The notes under the pieces were generated by a model. It was given only the letters and a program-made list of their open reading frames with translations. It did no database searches and had not been told where the DNA came from. From Oopsacas minuta (taxonomy: Eukaryota > Animalia > Porifera): DNA of 10,062 nucleotides. The stretch is taken from contig JAKMXF010000169.1 of the NCBI GenBank assembly GCA_024704765.1, forward strand, positions 1-10,062, written 5' to 3'. This document shows, one piece after another, positions 1 to 6,367 of this stretch (positions are counted from its first letter, which is position 1; every line of letters begins with the position of its first letter). A program made the translations under genes and the position numbers.

Positions 1-125
1 CCACCACCTTTGTATCGACCTCAAACCGACACCTAGCCTTGAAGCGACAATCTTCTGCTCAATTCCAGTTTTCAACATGCAATTGCTTCCAGGCGAATGA
101 ACAACCCATGATCTTTGACATTCAT
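1..125 (-). pseudogene. N-terminal HTH DNA-binding region of a Tc1-like transposase, with an apparent 1-nt frameshift; truncated by the window edge
   Basis: Manual translation: ATG at 125 gives MNVKDHGLFIRLEAIA, then C and TGA at 74-72. The frame starting at ATG 78 gives MLKTGIEQKIVASRLGVGLRSIQRWW to base 1. Joined, RLEAIA-MLKTG-x-EQKIVASRLGVGLRSIQRW fits the Tc1/IS630 first HTH pattern (hydrophobic-x-x-G...VA-x-x-LGV-x-x-x-x-I-x-RW). Not in the supplied ORF track. Confidence 0.75.
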
Positions 126-300
126 ATTTCAAAGAGATAAGAGAAATACAAAAAATGAGTTTAAAATACAAATCAAAGTGAAAGTATTTATAAAGAGGTG
201 TATTTATAATAGATAAACTTAGTAGTTAGGTGTAAGACAAACATAATTCAATAATAAATTGTGGTTTGGTTAAATCAACTTTGTACATTATGAATTCATA

Positions 301-325
301 CCGCCAAGACATATGATACACCCTG
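301..325 (-). repeat. 25-bp terminal inverted repeat (5' TIR) of the left Tc1-like copy
   Basis: CCGCCAAGACATATGATACACCCTG on plus, followed by TA; reverse complement of 9817-9841 with one mismatch. Confidence 0.9.
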
Positions 326-438
326 TATAATTATTACATAATTGAGGTATTAATATGATTACTCTGCTATCTAATATTCACATACATAACTGATTATATC
401 TAATTTGAGTATTACTCTGGATTATTAAAATAATATTA

Positions 439-572
439 CAGTACAACCTCTATAAGCGGGGCAGTTTTGGTCCACCTTTATTCATTTCGATAGAAACAAA
501 CCTCTATAAACGAGGGGTGGGGATTTAATTTTTGTGTTTCTCAGAAGAAAAGTTGTTGCAAATTTTTTATAT
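439..572 (+). mobile_element. Partial pogo/Tigger-like non-autonomous element end, copy 1 (one terminus only)
   Basis: TA (437-438) followed by CAGTACAACCTCTATAAGCGGGGCA, resembling the TA-CAGT..AACCTC.ATAA.CG termini of pogo/Tigger-type elements. The AACCTCTATAA motif recurs at 499. Segments 445-515 and 531-572 align by eye with 1885-1954 and 2095-2133. No partner right TIR found. Confidence 0.65.
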
Positions 573-629
573 TCAACCAACAACCTTTGGGCATACAATG
601 GTAGCCACTTAATCTGGACAGCTCGAGAG

Positions 630-881
630 TCAATGTTTAGTCCCGAATAACCGATCATGATTACTTAAGTTTTCAATACTAATTTTTAGGGTCTCATAAC
701 CAGGAATATCATAAATCAATCTACTATATCCTGGGTGAGGGTCTAGTAAAGATGAGTCGTGTAATATGCGTAGCAAAGTTATGATTGACATAATATGCAA
801 ATTCTTAGTTATGCAAACAAACCATTTTACTGTGATTCTGAATAAATATCCCGATATCAATAAACACTTTTGATACCATAA
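630..881 (-). CDS. Candidate terminal exon of the kinase gene (unassigned C-terminal tail); may be non-coding
   Basis: Open frame LWYQKCLL...DPHPGYSRLIYDIPGYETL...GTKH* in the same frame as the 1053-1214 exon. The preceding TTCTAG (TAG at 884-882) could be a phase-0 acceptor for the donor at 1052. An alternative acceptor at 996/995 gives VFSFILLQ...KRF*. No family recognised. Confidence 0.25.
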   Translation of the reverse strand, partial: LWYQKCLLISGYLFRITVKWFVCITKNLHIMSIITLLRILHDSSLLDPHPGYSRLIYDIPGYETLKISIENLSNHDRLFGTKH

Positions 882-1052
882 CTAGAATCGTTTAATACGA
901 ACACGGTTAAATACTGAATCGAGAAACGGTAAAAGGGGAATCATATCGGAGAGAGCATAATGTACCAATCCTTGAAGCAAGATAAAAGAGAATACCTTGT
1001 TGATTGAATTGGTATTGATAGAATACAAATAGAGACTATACCATGATATTAC

Positions 1053-1214
1053 CTTATCCATGTCAGGTCTGAAATTAGGAGATTTCTCCAAACTATCCCA
1101 TGCAATAGTTGACATATCAAAGTATGCAGCAGATGGCCAGTCACCAGAGTTCTTGTCCACCCATCTTAGCATTTCTCTGTGGTTTGTATTGATAGTCTGT
1201 CTCATACGAGATAC
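1053..1214 (-). CDS. Exon of IRAK4/Pelle-like Ser/Thr kinase (subdomains X-XI)
   Basis: Acceptor ttttttattttaag| at 1215/1214; 54 codons VSRMRQTINTNHREMLRWVDKNSGDWPSAAYFDMSTIAWDSLEKSPNFRPDMDK; donor AAG|GTAATA at 1053/1052. D..G.WP...IA...L...P..RP.M is the IRAK/Pelle/RLK subdomain XI signature. Phase-0 join to the upstream exon ending DSKEL. Confidence 0.8.
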
Positions 1215-1846
1215 CTTAAAATAAAAAAATTCCGTTTTAGACCACCACTAAGGTTAATAGAATAGATTATTAGAGGTCGGTTAATAAGAATTAAATACTA
1301 GAATATGAATACCATTCATAGGTTGGGAATAAATAATTAATCAATCAAGTAAATCTACCGTGTTTGATAGCTATATATACTGAATAGTAATCCAAGGTTT
1401 AAGCTGTGCTGAACATTTAACATCTATACAATTAGCTTAATTAATTAATTGAGTTTACAATATCTAGTTCGTAATATAGCCTCCTCACTAATTGAACTTT
1501 TAGGATAAATACAAGGAATGAATTAAGAATGTTACCTTAAAGGTTTAAACGGAAATCCTTCATATAGTTTAGGTGCAATTCAAATAATGACATCATAATT
1601 AAAGAATCGCTAGTTGAAAATTGATATTTTCGAATGTTGAATTTCCATATTTCGCTGAAATATCTTTTTCATCGTAATGTAGCATTAATAAGCACATTCT
1701 CTTTTTACTCGAGCAATCAAAGCCTCAATTAAGATAGATGATTATTTGTACAATAAAATTTGAGAATATAGAAAGTTTTGTATAATTGTTAACAAAACCA
1801 GATCATGGATGGCCGTTTGAAATTTTGAAGTGATCACGAGAGAGTA

Positions 1847-2133
1847 CAATGCAACCTCTAGAAGTGGGGCCTCAATGAATGGGGAACCTATATAAGCGAG
1901 GTAATTTCGTCCACCTTAATTCATTTCCATAGAAAGGAACCTCTATAAACGGGGAGTGAGTAACTGGGGATAATTATGCCTCACAGCATTGAAACTTACC
2001 CCTACAAGGGGGAAATTTACGAATAATCTTCTTGAATAGTCAATTTTTGTGCTAATTTAGAAAAACAGGTATTATAGCTATAATGGAAAAAATCTTTGGG
2101 TTTCTGAGAAGAAAATTATTTCAAATTTATATA
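1847..2133 (+). mobile_element. Partial pogo/Tigger-like non-autonomous element end, copy 2, inside the 1735-bp kinase intron
   Basis: TA (1845-1846) followed by CAATGCAACCTCTAGAAGTGGGGC, 20/24 identical to the copy-1 terminus. Three copies of the AACCTCTATAAGCGRGG-like motif at 1853, 1885 and 1938. Downstream block 2095-2133 matches 531-572. No right TIR found. Confidence 0.65.
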
Positions 2134-2949
2134 TATGTAAACGAACTGAAACCAAGGCGTAACATTTGTAATAAATATTTAGAATATACAACAAGTAAAC
2201 ACCAACGCTCGGCCGCCAAAAATGTGAAAAATCCACAAGCACTCCTAGCACGAATAAATAACAACTAATAAGAACAAAAACCTACCCCTCACCACAAAAT
2301 AGAAGGAAAATATCCAAACCCCCCGTGAAAATTGGATTCAGCACATCCATATGTTAATCAAGTTTATCAGTAAGTATTAATTTTCTTGAAAAACACTATA
2401 ATAATTATTAAAATATTTGGGTTTGAATCAATCATAAATTCAAATGTAAAATTGGACAAACACACAACAAATCAATTTAATTATACAAGTAATGAAATCT
2501 TAACTGGTCTGAGTATCTGACGTATTGAAGGACATTGAATATAAGAATTTCTAATTAGTCAGATTGCAGACGATCTAATTACTATACATCTAATTATAAT
2601 GCAGATTGCATTTGTAAGATAATAATGAAATACTACAAATGTGAAAAAGAATTTCCAAAGGTTAAAACTAATCTAATAATTAACTGAACCTGTCGCGAAC
2701 CAACTGAGCCAAATGTGTATAATAGGATACGAATAACTGCGTAAGGACCAAATATCCAATTTCAGCATTCGTATCCGATCTATAATGATAGTAAATCGGA
2801 CATAAGACTAATTTGATGAACGTGAAGAGTAAGAATCTCATTAGCAAATATTCGTTTTGAAGTGAATTGGGTTTGACCCTTTCCCGTGCATTTTGGGGCA
2901 GAAAAATCCGACATAGACTGTACTGTATATATGTTCATTACAAATTTAC

Positions 2950-3193
2950 CAATTCCTTCGAATCACATCGACCATCAAAAGAAGGTAACCCAGTGAGAAC
3001 TTCTAGCACAACTACTCCAAACGCATACACATCTGTCTTAGTACTGATCTCACCGGAATAATACTCAGGAGGAATATAGCCAGAGGTACCTAGGATAGTA
3101 CCTGTCTTATTCTCTATATTAATGTCTGTCTGACGAGCTAAGCCGAAGTCTCCTACTTTAGCTTGCATCGATGAGTCCAGTAATACATTAGCC
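2950..3193 (-). CDS. Exon of IRAK4/Pelle-like kinase (subdomains VIb-IX: activation segment and C-lobe)
   Basis: Acceptor tattcaattctattcag| at 3194/3193 (phase 2), then ANVLLDSSMQAKVGDFGLAR...GTSGYIPPEYYSGEISTKTDVYAFGVVVLEVLTGLPSFDGRCDSKEL, donor TTG|GTAAAT at 2950/2949. DFG, GT..Y.PPE and K.DVY.FGVV.LE..TG motifs are typical of IRAK/Pelle. The first 15 and last 3 residues of the ORF-track ORF 2938-3240 are intronic. Confidence 0.88.
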
Positions 3194-3248
3194 CTGAATA
3201 GAATTGAATAATAAACCCAGAATTCCGCTAGCTGTGACAAGCATGGTC

Positions 3249-3335
3249 TAGGGTGCGACCCGTAAAGCCCGTGGTCCGTGGCCCGCTATCAAAGCCCGCG
3301 TCCCGCGGCCCGCTTATTTATTCCACCAGCCCGTG
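3249..3335 (+). mobile_element. GC/CpG-rich putative hAT-type element terminus with subterminal GCCCG repeats
   Basis: Begins TAGGGTGCGACC (TAGGG is a common hAT terminus, cf. Ac TAGGGATG). Contains a 24-bp imperfect tandem duplication (3264-3287 vs 3291-3314, 20/24) and repeated GCCCG/GTCCG motifs in AT-rich surroundings. No matching second TIR or 8-bp TSD found. Confidence 0.4.
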
Positions 3336-3450
3336 ATTTAGGAAATTTGTTTATTTTATGGCACTGTTGGCTGAATTCGTGAATGTATTCTCAAAGAATT
3401 GAGAATTCCTATAAATTCCGCGGTATAAGATGCGGGAAATCGTGTGCGCA

Positions 3451-3575
3451 ANTATCATGTATTAGATAAATATCATGTATTAGATAAATATCATGTATTA
3501 TATAAATATCATGTATTATATAAATATCATGTATTAGATAAATATCATGTATTATATAAATAAATGTATTATATA
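3451..3575. repeat. 18-bp minisatellite AATATCATGTATTA(G/T)ATA, 6 near-perfect copies plus 1 degenerate
   Basis: Units start at 3451, 3469, 3487, 3505, 3523, 3541 and 3559 (degenerate). Variant order is G,G,T,T,G,T,T. There is an ambiguous base (n) at 3452. Confidence 0.95.
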
Positions 3576-4040
3576 AATGTTGATACTAATGTATCAATTT
3601 AGCCTAAATGATATGAAAGATGGCCGTGAGAACTTGCTAAGTAGTCCCAATGAATTCCTCATAAACAGAAACCCTAGAAAGTATAGTTAACAATTCTAAG
3701 AGTGTTAGTTTGTCTAAAAACTAAAAAATTAAATCGGCCTTGTTGGTGACATAAACCGCAGTATATTAGGCATGTGCAGTCAAATTTTCTAGTGTATGAC
3801 GAAGGTGCTCGGATAATCGAGGGTAAACCGTTTGCAGTAACTGGATCAGTCCAAAGAGTCAGTGATAATCATGAATCAGTTGAAACACGGATAAACATCA
3901 TCTCCAGTTATAATTGATACCAACAGATTTAATTAAATAACATAACCTGAATACACAGAAATAACGGTTCTATATTAAACAATATAAGAATATGATTAAT
4001 ATAAGATCATAATTGGATGATTAAATATATAATTTTATAT

Positions 4041-4727
4041 TCACTCGCGATACCACAGACGTATAGATTGAGTTCGTTTTATTTTCTTCTGCAATTGTAG
4101 CAGACCGTATACAAGTGCTTCAGCAGTAGGAGGACATCCGGGTACGTATATATCTACAGGAACAATACGATCACAGCCTCGCACTACAGAATAAGAGTAA
4201 TGGTAGTAGCCTCCTCCATTAGCACAACTACCCATAGATATTACCCAGCGGGGTTCTGGCATCTGATCATATACTTTACGTAGAGCTGGAGCCATTTTAT
4301 TAGTGAGAGTACCTGCTACTATCATAACGTCAGATTGTCGGGGAGTAGCTCTGAATACAATTCCAAATCTGTCCAGATCGTAGCGAGCTGCAGCAGCATG
4401 CATCATTTCTACAGCACAGCAGGCTAGTCCGAATGTCATCGGCCAGAGTGAGTTAGCACGGGCCCAGTTAAATACCTCCTCCACTTTAGTCAGTGCGAAC
4501 TCTGCAGCATTGTCAAATTTCTTCCCAGGCTTCAGTTTAGTAACGGGCCCCCCAGATAAGATGCTAGGGGTTCTAGAATTGATCTCTTTTGGAGCACCTA
4601 CTGTACTCTGATTCTGAGTGGAGTAGGATTCTCCTCGGGACGAGTTCGTAATAGAAGCAGTACGATACCATAAATGAGATGTTGTCCTTGATCTGATTAC
4701 AATATACAGCAGTGATGATTTCAGCAT
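4041..4727 (-). CDS. NDUFS7: NADH:ubiquinone oxidoreductase Fe-S subunit 7 (PSST, NuoB homologue), mitochondrial, single exon, 228 aa
   Basis: Motifs [55 protein letters not shown] and [15 protein letters not shown], including the tandem CC plus two further Cys ligands of cluster N2. The R/S/T-rich, acid-poor N-terminus is consistent with a mitochondrial presequence. Uninterrupted ORF. Confidence 0.97.
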   Translation of the reverse strand: MLKSSLLYIVIRSRTTSHLWYRTASITNSSRGESYSTQNQSTVGAPKEINSRTPSILSGGPVTKLKPGKKFDNAAEFALTKVEEVFNWARANSLWPMTFGLACCAVEMMHAAAARYDLDRFGIVFRATPRQSDVMIVAGTLTNKMAPALRKVYDQMPEPRWVISMGSCANGGGYYHYSYSVVRGCDRIVPVDIYVPGCPPTAEALVYGLLQLQKKIKRTQSIRLWYRE

Positions 4728-4768
4728 CTTAATTTTATATTAAAAATCCAAGGACTCATTAATGGGTA

Positions 4769-5131
4769 CCGTATCCGTTATAATTCAGGCGCCGATTTTA
4801 ATCAATTCGTGTTCCAGGGGCGCCATTATTTTGAACCAAATATGATTGGTTCCAATGGCCCCTAACTATAGAGTCCTCCCAGGCAAATTAATGACAGAGT
4901 TACAGAAGTAGATAAATACAGTAGATACATGTAACATGATTGCATAGTACTAGATAGTAGATATTCAAACTACTCGTTAGTAGTCCCGCTTCTCAAACTC
5001 AGATTCTAGACAAAGTGCTACTCTAAGTTCTAATTATGCAAGCGGCCAAAAAATAATTTTTCCGCCTTTTAATAGGATCGGGAAAACTTCCTACTTAACC
5101 TAGAGTGGCGCCTGAATTAGAACGAATACGA
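4769..5131. mobile_element. Complete 363-bp MITE of the Tc1/mariner superfamily (TA target, 25-bp TIRs)
   Basis: TA(4767-68)-CCGTATCCGTTATAATTCAGGCGCC ... GGCGCCTGAATTAGAACGAATACGA-TA(5132-33). TIRs are 22/25 identical as inverted repeats. No internal ORF in the track. Confidence 0.85.
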
Positions 5132-5666
5132 TACACTGAAACGAAGAAATAATTTTGATAACTTCCAGCATATTGCTTGTTTTAAGTTTTAACCTAACAA
5201 ATTGAAATATAAGTAATTCACGCAATTGTACCTTTCACTCTGGACTTATAAATTAATAATTGTAAAGAGGTATATCCAATAGACTTTCGATATTATGAAC
5301 ACCAGGGACAGTCGAAATTGATAATTCTTGGAATCATATTAACAGTGTAGAGTCCACTGTATTTGTACTAACCATATTAAAATCAATCAAAATGTGAAAT
5401 TAATAGCAAAAATATATAATTCAAGAAAAGATACATTATTCAATGCAAAATTCAGCAAGAGATAGCGTCAGTAACTGTAGAGTGGTGTTCTGATAATGTC
5501 GATGTTGTGCTCAGTATTTATCTTGTGTATTGCTGCTAATGTCTAGAAGAAGAATAGATAACATAAACACAATTACAATTGAGTTAATATAGTCAAATAC
5601 CTCATATTTACAATAGAATTCACAGCCAGATACTATTATTAATTATGACCACTTAATACACTACTG

Positions 5667-5683
5667 TGTTGTTGTTGTTGTTG
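5667..5683. repeat. (TTG)5 microsatellite with nearby degenerate TTG runs to about 5723
   Basis: tgttgttgttgttgttg seen directly. Confidence 0.8.
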
Positions 5684-6367
5684 CACGTTGCATGCATGAT
5701 TATGTTGTTGCTGCATTGTGTTGTAATCCCCAAATATCATACGTATATAATATAATTCTTATCATTGTTTCACCAAAATCGCAGGAAGGCCAATCGGCTT
5801 TTGCTAGGGCAACAATCCTCATTAAAACTTGGGAATGCAGAACCTGATAGCTGGTGGATTAGTTAAGCCACCTAAAATTAGCCTTCAAATTTTGTGGTTT
5901 TAGCGAGGTACGAGTGATTCACGAGGGCATCTTTCAAGCAACTTTTTTACTTCTCTGATAATTTTACCCTGGAAATATTCTTTTTATTCAAGAAAATTAT
6001 TACTGAGATTTAAATATCTATGAAATAAAGATGTTTTGTATTTTGGAAATGAATTTTGAAACTCCAGCTAAATAGGGCAAAAGGATACCTAGCCTAGCTC
6101 TAGCCACAATCAAGGTAGAGAATATTATGTATTTTGAGTTTCCTTATCGTAAAATCTGGATAAATATAACGTAAAATAATGATTGATCAAGTATAAAGTA
6201 ATACTAAATTAGCAAAACAAACGCAATAAGATTGTAAGAATCTATGCACTGAATTCTCTACAAAATTAACGAGAATGTAATAAATAATATAAGATGGTGA
6301 ATGTAAGGTAATGTGATGAATAAGAGATTGTAAACTCTGTCAATCAATCTGGTAATGAGCTACCAGC

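Larger units (their letters stand above)
1..325 (-). mobile_element. 5' end of a Tc1/mariner-superfamily (Tc1-like) DNA transposon, running off the left edge of the window
   Basis: Read on minus from 325: CAGGGTGTATCATATGTCTTGGCGG, with TA at 326-327 (canonical Tc1/mariner target duplication). It matches 9817-9841 at 24/25 nt as an inverted repeat. About 175 bp further in the minus direction is a transposase-type N-terminal HTH reading frame. Confidence 0.88.

Noticed and set aside
1540-1824. TTAA-AGGTTTAAACGG start with a 13/18 degenerate inverted match near 1807 (Kolobok/piggyBac-like?)
   Set aside because: Match too weak and no TTAA at the right end.
2083-2268. Plus-strand 61-aa ORF MEKIFGF...
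   Set aside because: Overlaps the pogo-like repeat remnant in an intron; AT-biased composition and no family motif.
2725-2776. 10-bp inverted repeat GGATACGAAT / ATTCGTATCC with a 32-nt loop
   Set aside because: Short, does not extend, and has no associated element boundary; compatible with chance.
2867-3061. Plus-strand 64-aa ORF
   Set aside because: Antisense shadow of the kinase exon, with a non-ATG start.
3451-3575. Regularly spaced repeats as a possible CRISPR array
   Set aside because: Units are head-to-tail with no unique spacers, and the context is eukaryotic.
3603-3915. Two short plus-strand open stretches (LNDMKDGRENLL...; VYDEGARIIEGKPFAVTGS...) with possible acceptors
   Set aside because: About 30-55 codons, weak or phase-incompatible splice sites and no recognisable family; cannot support as exons.
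5634-5742. Short minus-strand poly-Gln reading frame (MIFGDYNTMQQQH...QQQQQH)
   Set aside because: About 33 codons, simply a translation of the (TTG)n microsatellite.
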